Shown one piece after another: positions 15,417-32,777 of a DNA stretch of 64,000 bases (position 1 is the stretch's first letter; each line of letters opens with the position of its first letter). The position numbers and the translations under genes are program-made. The notes under the pieces were generated by a model that made no database searches, was not told where the DNA came from, and saw only the letters and a program-made list of their open reading frames with translations. The DNA is from Auanema rhodensis (taxonomy: Eukaryota; Animalia; Nematoda): the NCBI GenBank assembly GCA_964057225.1, contig OZ059899.1:5518001-5582000 (forward strand), given 5' to 3'.

Positions 15417-18400
15417 CTTTAACGATAAATTCATAAAATATAAGAAATATTATTTCTTTTAATAAATATATTTTGATATAGAAATATGTTAATATATTCA
15501 TAATATTATATTTTTAATATATTTTATGTACTTTTATCATATGTATATCCATTATTTTTCATTTTAAGTTCAAATCTTATAATTTTTTTTCTTCATTTTT
15601 CTCTATATATGAACAATGATTTGATGTGCCTTCTGGATGACAAAACAAATACAAAAACTGAGAATTCTATAACTGAAAATGAAATATGAAATACGATACT
15701 TTTGACGATGACTACATCCATTGCGAATCTGCCTCCATATAACATCCATTGTCTTTTGCTATCCATGTGGTCAGTCGAACAGGCTATCATCCATTTTAGA
15801 ACGTCAGCTAACAATGACTTGAAAACTTATTTTAGTTTTCAAATACTTTAAAGTTTTAAAAATTAATTCTTTTAAAAGTAAAAGTAGAATATTAACTATA
15901 TTTAATAATAATTACATTGGAAATAATTCTTATGATTTCACATTTTTTTTTTAAAAATTGTAGAAAATCCTTTTATTTTTTCCAAAATTATATATAAATC
16001 AGTAATTTTCCTTTTCTTTTCTTCATATATATTTCTTTTGAATTTTTAATTAAAGAAACTATGTTCTTTTATCCAAAATTTCCGAAAACTTATACATACA
16101 ACCTATTTCGAACTTTATTGTTTATAAACCTTTTCTTTAAATTTTAATGATATAGTTCATTTTGAATACATATAGTTATTGAAACATTTCACATATATTC
16201 TTATCCGAATACATCTTCTTCTTCTCCTTTTTCGTCGTCCTCTGCTTCTTCTTTCATCCTCTTCTTTTATGTTTCATGTCCTCTTGACTCTTCCATTTCT
16301 GACAATTACAAATTGCCGTCGATGTCCGGCGGCTCTTCCACTTAAGATGATTTCTCGTCACCAATCGCTAGCGTTCTACTCTTCTGATACTTTTTGACCC
16401 TTTTTTTCTTCTTAAATATACAAAAAATTGATAATAATTTATATTTAACTATGCTATTTTCAAAAATATTTTTATAATTATATTCTAAATATTTCTATAT
16501 AATTAAGTTTAAATGGTTTTTTTCTATCGATAATGTTATTAAGATCGTCTTGAAAGACAAAAATGATATTCTGAATAAGAAGAAGATAGAAGATGTACAA
16601 GCTTTAATCGAATTTCATCTTTCTGTCTTTGAGAAAGGTTTCAGTAAAAAGCTTTATTAGAATGTTCTTTCTGAAGCATTTTTAGCGCGAAAATCTGGTT
16701 TTCACATTTGGAGTCCATTCTAACAATTTATTTACTTCAATTACTATTTTGAGTTGAAATGTTTATGTATAAAACCAATAAAAGCATTGAAAAAACTCGA
16801 TTCCGTTATTAAATTGTTCTGGAATGAACCTTTTTCAAAGGTAACTTTGAAGACAACATATTTAATCATTTCAATATTAACACTATTTCTTCTTCTTGTA
16901 TTTCTTCAATTCCTTTACTTTTTCTTTTAAAATATATTCTTTCTCTTCAAATGTTTGAATACGAACTTCCTTCTTGTCAAAATTAATCGGCTTCTTCTTT
17001 ATAAGAAACATCTTCTAACAAGAATCTTCTCGAATTCTTTGAAACAAATGCAATACCATGATGTGCTGTCAGTAAAATGTCGGATACATCATCTATACTT
17101 ATTCAGACAAAAGAAATTCAAATTTTCACTTTTTTTTTAGTTGAATCTTTAATCTAAATATATAATAATATTAGTTTAAACATTCTATTTATACATAAAG
17201 ATAATTTTTAATTCCGATTAACTAATGCTGGAGATAAGTTGACAAGATGTAATCTAAACTTTGATTTCGAAACCAAACTTATCTAATGTTCAATCAAGAT
17301 TAATTTAAGCTTACAAATGTAATAGCTAGACGATAATAAGTTAAATATCTAGTTGAGTAAACCTTTTTTTAGTACATTTGTGAAGAAAATTCAATTCAAT
17401 TCAAATGAAATTTATTTGAGGCAGTTAGAACAATTCAAACATTTAAATTTTATTTATTTTTCAACATTTCACGTAATATCAATATGCTAATAAGACGTGA
17501 ATTATTATTATTATAAGTAGATCAAAGAAGTGAACGGTTGATTCTACTTATATTTAGTTTTCGGTCTCTCATAGTAATCTCTTTGTTTCTGCATATTTCT
17601 TTCTTCTTTTCCTCTCATTTAATTTTTATTTCATATTCCGCAAGCATCTTCTTTTCTTTTTATCTTTATAACTATGTGTCTCATATTTTATAATTTATGT
17701 CTTTCCCAGTCTTCTTCATACTTTGAGCTAATAGGTTGTCCTTTTTTAGTTCACAAACGTTTTAACCTCTCATCTTCTCTATTCAATACATCCTTCACTT
17801 TTTTTTCTTGATTACAAGTATCATCAAACATCTCTTTTACTAGTTTTTTAAAATAATATTTTATATTAAATATATTCAACTATGTACTTATAATATCAAA
17901 AAAAAAACTTTTTTTTTTGTTTCTTACCCTCTCTCAATTCAAAACTTGAAACGATGGCTTGAGAAAAAAAAAGAAAGATGATAAAGAAGAAGAAGAAGAA
18001 GACAGGAGTTAGAAGCATAGAGGAGGGATGATGAAAAAGGAAAAAAGTATTCATCTTCCTCTTTCTACTATCCTTTTTTTTTATTTGAAGATTGTCACAT
18101 GAACTTTGTTTTCTCTGATATAATGGTTTAATGATTTACTCTTTTCTATTTTATTTATTTATTATGTTTTTCTATTTAATAAAATTAAAAATCTGATTTT
18201 AAGATAAAAATATAATTTTCGTATTTATTTCAAAATTCTTATAAAAATAGATTTCTACGTTTATGTACTTGAACTTGAATATATCAAGATATTTTATTTG
18301 TATATTCTAAGAATGTTTTACTTTGAATTTACAAATATAATCAAAGAATTCATTAGAAACATTTGAAATTTCGTTTCATGAGAAATGGAGTCAAGTTTAT

Positions 18401-20847
18401 ATCCAAAAAGAAAGTTAATGAGTGTGAAACATAAATGTCTACATACAGATCTTATGATGGTTATGTTGCCAATCAATTTCTTTCTCTTTATATTTGTCCT
18501 TTTTTCCTTTTTTTTCTTTTCCAACTTGCACGTCTGCATCTATACTTCAGCAACGTTGCCGACAATCAGGACTGACATCCGGAATTCAAATTAAATTCGT
18601 GAACGACGACGAGTAAACCTAGTGGTCAGATGTCGATTGGTAGGCTTTCCATTTTGCCACATTTCCAAAGTTAGATGCTTTCATTGAAAATTCTGCAGAA
18701 GCCTTGTCTTGGTGATTATCATGTCTATAGTTTCAAATGGATTTGATTTTCATTGTACGATGACGAAGAAAAAGTTTCTTAATCCGAGTGTATATCCTCA
18801 TAGCTTTTGAATGTTTATTTCGAAATTAAAAAATTCTGATATACTATACATATATAGTTAGATATATATTAATGTACATGTAATATATATATATATACAA
18901 TAAAGACAATTAAATCTTTATTCTATCTTCATAACGAAGAAAACTAGGGACAACCTGCTTCTTGTCTCTTCATTGTCAATTTTTTCATCACTTTCTCTCC
19001 TTTATTCTCTATAATTCTCTTCATCTTTTATTGTATTTTTCTTATTCTCTTTGTCTTTTTTTCTCTTAGTCTCTTCTTGCCATCATAATTTCTCAATCAT
19101 TTCGTACGTATAATTACCATTACGTCTATATTACTATCCTGCTTTATCCGGTTTCCTTTTGGGAATTTCTGAGTTATGGTATACTTTCCTCTTCTTTTTC
19201 TTCTTTAAAAGTTTTATTTATTTACATTAAGCTTTGCTTTATCTTCAAAAGTTCATTCTTAAGTATCTTCATGCCAATGTAATGACAGGTTTTTTTCTAT
19301 CATTCTTGTTAACCTTGTAAAGCGAATTCATTAAGTTTTCCATTTTCTTAGTTTTTTCTCTTTATTTTTATAGATTTTTTATAATTTCCTTCTTTAACTA
19401 TTATTATTATTATTATTTTTAAAAGAAAAAAAAGTTTAAGATTTCAAGTAACCTGTAGCACTTTGAAGTATGAGAGTACACATAAAGCTACAACCCAACG
19501 GATGAGAGAAAAGCCAGGACAAACAGATGAAATTAGTGTTCAGTGTCAAACCCTCTAGAACTTTTTTCTTTTTTTTTTAATTTCTCTCCTTATTACCTTT
19601 ACTAATTTTTATTTTATTTGCTCATTTTTTTAATAATTTTCTTGAATATTTTTTTTTGAAAATCGATCCGAAATGATTGCATCACATTCAGGAGCTTATC
19701 GGAAAAAGACGATCTGAAGCTTTTCTTGACTAAACATAAATTTTCTTTCGGTCAACCTTTCTGAGAAAACTAGAATGAGAAAATGCATCAGACATTGAAT
19801 TTAAATTCATCTGATCTTTATAAAATCCAGAATTTGATATGAGATTTTCAAAGATATTAAAATGAACCTTTGATACATACATATATCTTCTTATATCATA
19901 TAATTTATATTTAGATCTTTCTTAAATAGTTTTTTTATATTTTAAAATAACAGAAAAACAACTTTTTTTTTCAGTTTTGAACTTAGTTATAATAAAATAA
20001 AATTGATAAATCATTATTATAATTGTTTCATTTAATTGTAACTTTCTTAATTCATTATCTTCATTCATCGTCTTATATTATAATATATATTTATTCATTT
20101 AATTAAATTATATATATATATATATTATATAAAAAAAAATCTTTATATTACTTTTATGAAGACGTTTCAGAAACTTTTAAGTTTATAGGTTTAGTCCTAG
20201 TTGAAGCGCTCGTTGAAGTTCTCAGATGACAAAGATAATTGGCATTTTCCTCTTTTAGCTTTGCCAGTTTTGAATCTTTTCATCCTCTACATTTTTGAAA
20301 AAAATTATTATTTGAAGTAACTTTTCTTCTTTTTTTTTAAAATAATTATCTATGTACATATACATATAATATATAATTTTCTAATATTATTATCCTTTTT
20401 CAATAATTATCTTTGTGAGAATATTGTTTGCGTTTTAAAACATCTTTAGGTACAAAGAGATTTGCTTCGGAGAATCCGTGCAAATGGACTTTGAGCTTAT
20501 ACAGCCTCAGAGACTATTTTCTCTTCTCTTATTAGCTTTGCTCTAGATCGTTCTTATTCACTCATGTTTAACAATATCTAGTTCACAATGCTTGAAAACA
20601 AAAAAAAATTAGAAATGAGTATATTCCACTTTACTCAATACGTTTATTTATGATTTATAATCATTTTGAAAGTACATATAGTATATATTTATATATTTAT
20701 TTTAGGTGAAAGGATAAGAATGAAGATATACATACATATATGTGACAAGTGTGAGAATTATATATCTTTTTCTCTTTATAAATATATATATGTATATATT
20801 ACATAAAGAGAGAAAAAGATATTATAGACAAATGAAAAAGAATGAAC

Positions 20848-20878
<31 letters not shown>

Positions 20879-21363
20879 ATGAAAAACCAACCGATCCGTG
20901 CATATTCGAACGAGAATATGAATATCACGCAGATTCACGTGAAAATATGACTAATAATTAGAATTATTAGTTCAAATATAGAACATATTCAAATTAAGAA
21001 GTTTTTTTTCCGTTTATTTAATTATAATATCCTACAAATTATATATAATTTAATATTTAATACTTTGTATTCATTCACATTATGAGTTATATACTTTGAA
21101 ATCTTTTCAATTGCACTATTACAACTTTTCCTATATAACTCATTCTTTATTTTTATATATATTTATATATTTATTTATATATTATATTATATTTATTATA
21201 AATTTTTAACAATAATTCTACTTATTAGCTTATACGTATTATGATATATAACAAACATTTCTTTGATCAATGTTTTCTCAATGTTATCAATCTATTCAAT
21301 TCAAAATATGTTTTATAACAGATGTAGTAATCATATACATAAATGCTATCACTATTACTATTA

Positions 21364-21369
<6 letters not shown>

Positions 21370-21407
<38 letters not shown>
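21370..21407. repeat. (TA)n microsatellite
   Basis: About 19 uninterrupted TA units. Confidence 0.95.
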
Positions 21408-21411
<4 letters not shown>

Positions 21412-21745
21412 TTTTAATTTTAAAATAAAAATCAAAAAGTATTTAAAAAATCTTGTTAAACATTCTTGAAATAATATTTATTTATTAAATATTCTTTAAT
21501 ATTATATATTTCTATCAAATTATTCATTTGTTTATTTGCTGAATGAAAATAGATTTTCATCAAATATGATTTTTCAAGAGGAAACTTTATCTTTTTTTTA
21601 TATTTTTGGCCACTTATATGCTAAACTAACTGACTGCTCTTAATTCGTCTTCTTATTCATTTTTTTCCTTATTTTTTCTTTGAAAATATACAGCCAAGTA
21701 TATATTTTCTTTTCAGAAAATTCTAGTCTAAGTATTGGAAAACAG

Positions 21746-24056
<2,311 letters not shown>

Positions 24057-25679
24057 TTTTCAAATTAATAAGAGCAAACTATACTTAATCTAGATATTAT
24101 TTTTCTTTTTAAACGTTTTAGGTTTTTTTTTAATCCAAAAAACCGAAATTTTTTTTAATATTTCATCGAATAACATAATCGAATTTTTTCGGTGCTTTTT
24201 CTCCTTACTTTCCTTTTTTGAATACCGGTATTCTTCTCGTCTGTTTCCAATTGTTTTTAAAAAAAAAAGTTTTAGGTAAAGCTTATATGAATAATAAAAA
24301 TTTAATTTATATTTATATTTATTATAATCAAATATGTGTATATATAACTGATAATCTGGATTTTTCAAGAACAAAACTTGAAATGCAGCTGTTAGAAGCT
24401 TGGAATTGTTTAGTTGGAGTACAAGAATATTGAATTAAAACAAAAAGACTGAGAGAAAAAAAAAGTTATTGTGAAAGAAATATACTATATGTATAGATGT
24501 ATACATATGTATACTATTTATTAATATTTATTTTAACTTTAAGTACATATTTAGTTTCTAAAATATATTTTAAAATTATGTAAATATCAACATACATATA
24601 AGCATTTCATTTTCTATTCTTTTTTAGAAAATTTAATAGAAATAACAATATGAAATATATTTTTGGAGAATAGTTTTTGAGAAATAAATGAGAAACTTTG
24701 AGAAAAGTATTGGGTGACAATCTTTTTTCATAAAATGTTTGTATGATACATACCATAACAATAATTATAAATTAAATGAATTAAATATAAAAAAAACTTT
24801 TAAAATAGATAAAACTTGATCATCAGTTATTTCTTTTTTTTTTAAATTCAAGTTTATTCAGTTCGAATTGAGCATGAATCATCGTAGTTTATGTAGATGA
24901 GATGGATATACATACGTTAAGAAAAAAGTTGAAAAGTTAGTCTGAAATCGACCTTGAATATAGTCGAATTTCAACAATATTTGTTCTTTTCGTGAAGCAG
25001 TTCGAAGCTCGAATAAAGACCATCAGAAGATCATTGTATGTTGGGATGTTGACATAGAAACAAGTTATTAAGAAGAAGAAGTGTGTCAGGATATGATGAT
25101 TCATGTTATACATTTCTACTTTTGAAATATTTTCAATTCATTTTTCTTGAAAAATAATGAAAAATAAAAATAAAACTAATAGAAAACTGAAAAAGCAACA
25201 TTCAAGATTGTATATACTTCAATTTCTAAAAAAATCTTTTTTTAAAAATTTAAATTCTTACATGTTGAGCATCAAAAACTTGATTTTAACTCCTTCATAA
25301 ACAATATACTAAGAATTAAAATCTCTTTCATAAATGATTGATGAATCATATAGTTAACTCATGTTTGATAATTAAATCAACAACTTAATTATTCAAGTTG
25401 TTCTGAACAAAAAAAAGTATTTGAAGCATATGACATCATATTCACCCTCAACCTATGTATATGAATTAGCATTACAGGTGCAAGAATTGACGCTTAAAGA
25501 TCAAATAGACAGAGTTTAGTTGGCGTGTTGAGAGATATTAGTTGATTTAAAAACTGTATGTACACAAAAGACAAGATGAACGACTGGGTATAAGAAGCCG
25601 ATGCTGGCAAGCCGTTGGCAATCAGACGTTCACAAAGCAAGAAGTACACTCATCCCTATACTCGGAGAAGATACCTAGT

Positions 25680-27035
25680 ATGATCTCTAAATCTATTTCA
25701 TTCTTCATAGCTATTGCTTCTATACAAAGTAATTTTATTTATAATATTTATGTGTTTTATTTTGTTTTTCTTGTATTTTAGCTCTTGAAGCATATGTTAT
25801 TGGATCTGGTGTACAAGCAAATCCTAATGGATGCTTATCATGTAATCAACCTATCATAGGCCAATGGGGACAATGGGGTCCTTGGTCAGCATGTTCTTAT
25901 GAGTATGGAAGTGAGTATGAACTTTATGAAATTGGATCTTTCTTGAAATAAATAATTTATTCGTTTGTTTAAATGTGTCTTTCAGCTATGTCGCAAACTC
26001 GTCAACGTGTTTGTTCCGCAGCTCAGTGTGAAGGAGGATCATCATCTGAAGCTCGTCCATGTGCTCAATATCAACCAACTCAAGAATGGGGACAGTGGGG
26101 ATCTTGGGGTACCTGCAGGTGAATAATCACTTCAAGTTCAAAAAAAAAAAGATGAAAGCTCTTAAAGAGCAATCTCATTTGAAACCTTGCGATCGAGTTT
26201 TGAGTTGACAGTTAGCTTATCATCTTTTGTCATTTTTGCTCAATTAGTTTACATTGGAATGCTTTTCCAAATATTGGCATTTGAGACGTATACGAAATGA
26301 TTTTTTTATATCTTCATATGATAGTTTAAACTGATTACTTTCAGTGCCACCTGCGGAGAAGGAATTTGTTCTCGATCCCGTGTTTGCAATAATCAATGTT
26401 CATCATGTGGATGTCAAGGAAATAGTGTTGAAAGCAAGCCCTGTAACATTCAACCATGTTGTCAATGGGGAGAGGTATGTTAAAATGATACAAAATAATA
26501 TTAATAATCATATATTATTCAGTGGTCTCCATGGAGTGTATGTAGTGTATCGTGTGGAATAGGCGGATACCGCACCAGAAATCGTCGTTGTAGCTGTGTA
26601 AGCGGGGTAAGTATTGATAGTCATGCAATCTTTCTATATATTTTCTTAAAATACAAATATTATATTTAATCTTTATTCTTTCTTTTTTTTCTAGTGCGTT
26701 GGAAACTCTCAAGAACAGGAAACGTGTAATGCAAGCATTCCTTGTCCAGTCTGTAACACATGTCAACAAGAACCTATACCATGTAATACATGTAATCAGG
26801 TATGTTCTATATAAATTATATATTTATATATGTTTATTAATTCTTTTATAATTATCTATTTCAGCCAGTACTTCCTCCAGTAACAATGCCACCATGCACC
26901 ACTTGCAATCAACCTTGCCTTACATGTGGAACTCAACCTTTCTACAATCCCTACAGTCGCAAAAAGCGTCAACTTCGTTTAGCTGCTGTTGCTAATCATG
27001 TAACTAAATCTGCCAATTCAACTATATCCAATTAA
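25680..27035 (+). CDS. Secreted protein with three thrombospondin type-1 repeats, PCxTC repeats and an RKKR furin site
   Basis: Signal-like N-terminus, WGQWGPWSAC, WGQWGSWGTCSATCG and WGEWSPWSVCSVSCG with R-x-R-x-C motifs. Seven exons in frame. Stop TAA 27033-27035. Confidence 0.88.
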
Positions 27036-30000
27036 ATCATTTTATTTGCAAACCATGACATGATAGATGATTCTTCTATCAAATATTCTTGAACTATATG
27101 TAAAAAAATATGTATATTGTATCATGTATTTATAAATATTTTCACATAAATTTACAGTATTTTGTTGAAATTAAATGCTTTATTCGTTATTATATACAAA
27201 TAATTAGCATATTACATTTTTTACATTTAAACGTGAACTAACGTGTAATGTTATTTAAATAACAAATGAAATAGTGTACGGTTGTATTTTAATAAAAATA
27301 TTTTCTTTATATATGTATAGTATAGTATTTTAGAAAATAATTAATTATTATATTATATACTATATATTTACATAACATATTTATACATGAAATAACTATC
27401 TTATCTATAATATTACAACAACTTTTTGAAATTTAAATATATAACTTTGAAATAATATTAATTATATCAAATATTTATTAGTATATATATATATAAATCC
27501 CTTATATAAATTAATATGAAAAAGTTTTATTTGAAAGATGACAAACCATGTCCTTCCCATACAATACAACTAATTGTTTTCCATAAACCATCACATTTAA
27601 TTATACAATCTTATCTTTATCTTTAATCTTTCACAAATGTGCCATAATGTTATAAATGAATAAATACATTATAATAAGTAAAAGAAAAAGAAAAGATTAC
27701 GGTATATATATGTATAATCATTCATTATACCGTCTGGGTAGATGTCTTCAATGTCCGTCTATATTGGCACCATCTTACGCAATGTTTGTCATGAAATGTC
27801 ATATGGATACGTATACTTGACTCTTATTATCTTATGTCATCTATCACTATCTGGCAAATATTTTTTGTTATTTTTATGATGAAAAGAACAACAATCATTA
27901 AATATTTAAATATTTTATATATTATAGGTTAAATAGGTTAAAAAATGAAAAAAATATGATTCATATATTCATTCATTCATTCATATATTGTATGTTTATG
28001 ATTATCTGACCAGGTGTGTACATGAAAGAGAATGTCTATGTATTCAAGAAATATTTTACAATTCTTAACCTTTTTTTTTCAAATAAATGACAATAAAAGG
28101 TGAGTATTATTGAATATAAATATATTTTATATAATTCATACAATATAATAGAAATATTAATCAATATTGAAATATTTACTTCTTTTTTCATTCTTTTCAA
28201 TTGTATATTAGATTTAGAATTATATGATATAGTATATATAAGATTAAACATCTATACATACATACATGTAACCTTAACAAACTACTTCCTTATAAGATTT
28301 AAATAATAATAAAAAGAAATTCTATTCATAGATTATATAAAAGTATTTAAATATTTTTTTGTTTAAAATATATAAAAAAAACTTTTTTAAATTATAAATT
28401 CATATTTATGAGATTATATACAATTCATAGAGTTAGTATCATACTTGTACTAACATTAAGTATAAATATCTTATTAAAGTATTTGAATATTATAGTTATA
28501 GAAAAACTTTTTTGAAACTTTTCCCTTTTTAATTCTTTAACTATATATATATTTGTATATTATAATTGTAAATCAGATAAGAAAATCAAATATATTACAT
28601 AAAGTCTTTTCATACATTCTTTTTTTTTGTTTCAGTTAGATATACTTATATATAATTAATATAACTATTCTTTTAAAATTTTATATAGCCATATATTAGA
28701 TAATCTGATTCAAATCAACCAAAATATGTTACAGATGGATGAGTAATGCCAAGAAAATAATGAAACTCAATGAAAACAAAGACAATCTGGTTAGGTTGGC
28801 ATGCCAGGACCCCCCGCTAGCATCATCTCAAAGAATAAATTATGGAACAGATCCTTTAATTACCTCAAATATATAATGATAAATATCTTTTTTGTCTATT
28901 ATATTGTATAATTATTGAATAATTTATATAAATCTACAGTTTCTCTCTCTTCAATCTTAAATCTACATTTTCAATAAAAATAAAATATATATTAAACTGA
29001 AATATTGGACTTATATGTATATTCTACATCAAAAGAACCATTTCTATACAGTAGTGTAAGTTTTTAATAAAAAATGCAAATAAATGGATGTAAACATGAT
29101 GTCTCTGAAGATTAAAAGAGATGTAATATAGAAAGAGATATGCCAATATTCTTCATCTCTATATCTATCTAAGGTATTTTTTCTTTTTTTTATTTATAAG
29201 AATTTGTTTATATATAAGATTTAAGATTAAAAAAGCCGCTAAGGTTGGATTAGTAGATGAGATGAGCAGTAAAACTTCTTTTTTTCTAATGATGTCACAT
29301 ATATACAAGTATGTACATATAAAATTCAATATATTTTAAATAAAAAATATATATTTTTAAAGAAAAACAGATACCTTTTAGAATATATATGTATATTTGT
29401 ATATAAAATATAATTATTTAATTATTTAAATATAACATAGAATCAAAATCATGTTGCAACTTTAGAATTAAGGCTTTGTGTGTATCTCATGTCGTGCATT
29501 CTACTAATAATTAGATGTCAATTTCGTTTTCACGTTTCCGTTTTTTGTCTCTTAGTTTTTCAACATTTTTTCTATTAACTAGGCTTCTGTTGTATTACTA
29601 ACTATCAATTATTTTTGTTGAAAAGTAGTTTTCAATAGATAAGTGAGTATATGCTTAAATTTGTAGAAAAATGGAACAACTTTTCTTAGACTTGTCTATG
29701 AGAACAAGCATTTACTCTCGTGCTTTTGCTTATATATCTCTCTCTCAGCTCTAATGTATTAATAGTTTTCCGTATAGGACCGTATGTATATGTCCGAACA
29801 TACATACATCTATTTCATTCTAACCCTTTTTATATCCGTCCTCTATATATCTTCAGGTCAATTCCTCTTTCCATATACATATCTACTTCTCTATTTCTCT
29901 TACTTATTCATATAATCTTATGTTGTTTCATATACCCCTTTTTCAGTACTTTATACCTTCTATTTTAACTTGAATATCTTTGATTAGAAACAGAAAATAT

Positions 30001-32736
30001 ATATTTATGTTGAAACTTATATATGAACCAACTTGAATTTTCATTTGTCTTTTCGTGTCTCTTCAATTTTGAAACAATATAAGTTGCTAAGTCTTGCTAT
30101 TTTCCTATTATTATATGATATAGTTAAACAAGCTATTTATGTACTAAGCTTCTCTATTTAGAATTTTGTTTAACCTGTAACATCTATCTCACACCTTAAG
30201 AAATTATAGAACACCAACTGTCCATTACTCTACTATTCATATATATTATTTGTTTTATATATTATATTAAACAAATATATAAAGTTTATATATTAGAAAT
30301 TTTTATATTATTTGTTAACTAATAATACTAAAAATATTTTTATATATTAATTCAAATATATGCAAATTTGTACGTAAACGTGTATTTACGTGAAAATTTT
30401 ATTTTAACTTAAACTAAATGCTTAGAACGGTTATTTATTCTTATTTCTCTTCTTTATATACATATATCTACACATATAGTTAGTAGATTTAGACTGATAT
30501 GTATTCTCTTGTCATGCTTTTGTCCGTTCTTTACTCTTATTACTTCCTCAGCATCCTTTCGATCTTCTTGCTCATTCATTGTCTTTGAATCCAATTGACT
30601 TGTCGTTTATCCTGGTAATGAGCTGAACAGGATGTATGTAAATCAAAGCATGAAGGTCAAAATTACATAAATAATAAGTAAAACTTGTCAAGCATTGTTA
30701 TATAAGCTTTAAGAAAGAGAAACATTCAGTTCAGTTTCTTCTTATATAAATATGTATCGAACGATACATAGTTTCAAGTCTTTATACATATTTCTGATTA
30801 TCCAAAAGTCAATTTGACTTATATCTAAGATGACAACTTGTTCAAATGCATATGTAACGAAGTAATTGCTTTGAGAAGACTAAAACCAAAATGAAATGAA
30901 TATCTTCAACAAACTTACACTACATTTGGTTTTCATGTCATTCATCCGAATACATGACATGACCTCACTCTTCATGATCAGTGCCTGTTGAGACAGATGG
31001 ATAGATGTCTTCAGAATATAATGATGACGATGATGTCTACTTCCAAGATGTCAATGAAATTAATTTTTTTATGATCAAAAAACCAGGAAGTTTCATAGAT
31101 GTAGTTAGAAAATGGAGAACAATTGAACTTTTATTTCAAAATAATAGCTAAGCAAGTGAAAAAGGGTGGGGCTTACCTTACTGACTGACAACACAGTCAA
31201 AAGTATTCATCCATTTGATATCCAAATAAAAGTTGAAAGTTTAGTTCAAAGCAATCTTATTACATATTCAGAAATCAATTTTCGTTAAGCTATTTCAGAA
31301 AACCCTTGTCAATCTTTTTTGTCTTTTTTTTTGTTTCATGGTAGTTATTTAAAAAGCTTTATCGTTTCGTTGTTATATTCAAACCATATAAAGCCTGCTA
31401 TTAAGAATGTGTCACATAGCTAACCTACCATTATCTTCAACAGACGACGTTGTCATCGTTATTCTATCTGAATCCTTTCATATTATTAGCCATTTTTTTT
31501 GTTTCATTCAACGATAAACCAAAATCAAAGACAATTCGTCTGCTTTTTTTTTATTATCTTTCATTTTCTCATATCCTATTGTTTAAGAAAAGATGATTGA
31601 AGGTGTGAATTTCTTTATTTTTTCATCTTTTTTTGCCCTCATTTCTATGATTGTCGGCATTTCCTTTATGGTCGAAGCAGTCTTCACACCTTATTTTAGA
31701 GCTCAATTTCTGTTTTCGTTTGCTTAGGATTACCACGATTTTCCCAGACTTTCAATTGACAATTCATTAAAGATATATGTATAAATAGATAGATATAGGT
31801 ATATATTTATAGAAAATTCATTATAATATATATTAAATTTATATTTTTAAATATCATTCATCAATCCTTATATCAGGAAATGAACGAAAAAAAAATCATT
31901 AAATTGTTCATCATATCTATCTTTCCAATTCAGAGAATTGAAGATTCAGATTATAGTTAATAGCTTCTGTCCTACTTCTGTCCTTTTTCAATCCAGACGA
32001 TCCACTGAAGCGAAATCAATTGATTTCCGTCAGTTGCCTTCAGATTCTGTATTGAATTGCCTACGGCACAATGATTTCATTCCTAACACACTACCAATAC
32101 TTCATCCATCCAATCTATTGTGCATCCATCATATCCAAAATCTTTGGCATCCCTACGTTTTTTCCTAATTTTAAATATATTTTTTAAAACTTACATCATT
32201 ATAATAGCTCGGAATATCTCAATTTTCAATTTTGTATCCTTTTTTGCAAATATTTTTTGAATTGTTTTCCTATTTTTCAGAACCCGGAACACATCTACTC
32301 AAATATCTTGCCATGAGTTGAATCTTCAACTTTCAAACTTATTTTTTTGATCAAAAAATGAGTTTCTTAGAGATTTTTGCTTCATTTTTCATTTTATATT
32401 CTGTAACATCTAATTAATGTTCTTTCTCACATATCACAAGATCATTTGATTGAAGTGAAATTTGTGAAAATTTCCAAAAATGAGGTAATTCTATGAAAAA
32501 CAGAGATTGATTATCCCTATCCTCTCCAATTATCTATTTACTATTTTAATAAATGTGAAATGCAATATGAATATATCTATCTCTGTTTATATGAATTACT
32601 CAAATTTAAAAATTAACTATAATATTATAAATATATTTAACAATTTCTTTGCAAGAAGTATTTCAAAAACTTGATCTTAAGATCGTTTGAGTCTTATATA
32701 CCAATATTTCTTCCTTTCTGCCTCACCCCTTCCCTT

Positions 32737-32777
<41 letters not shown>

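Noticed and set aside
16510-17110. Coding-like fragments on both strands
   Set aside because: I could not join them into a consistent spliced frame.
20950-20971. 10-bp inverted repeat ACTAATAATT/AATTATTAGT
   Set aside because: Almost all A/T and expected at this base composition.
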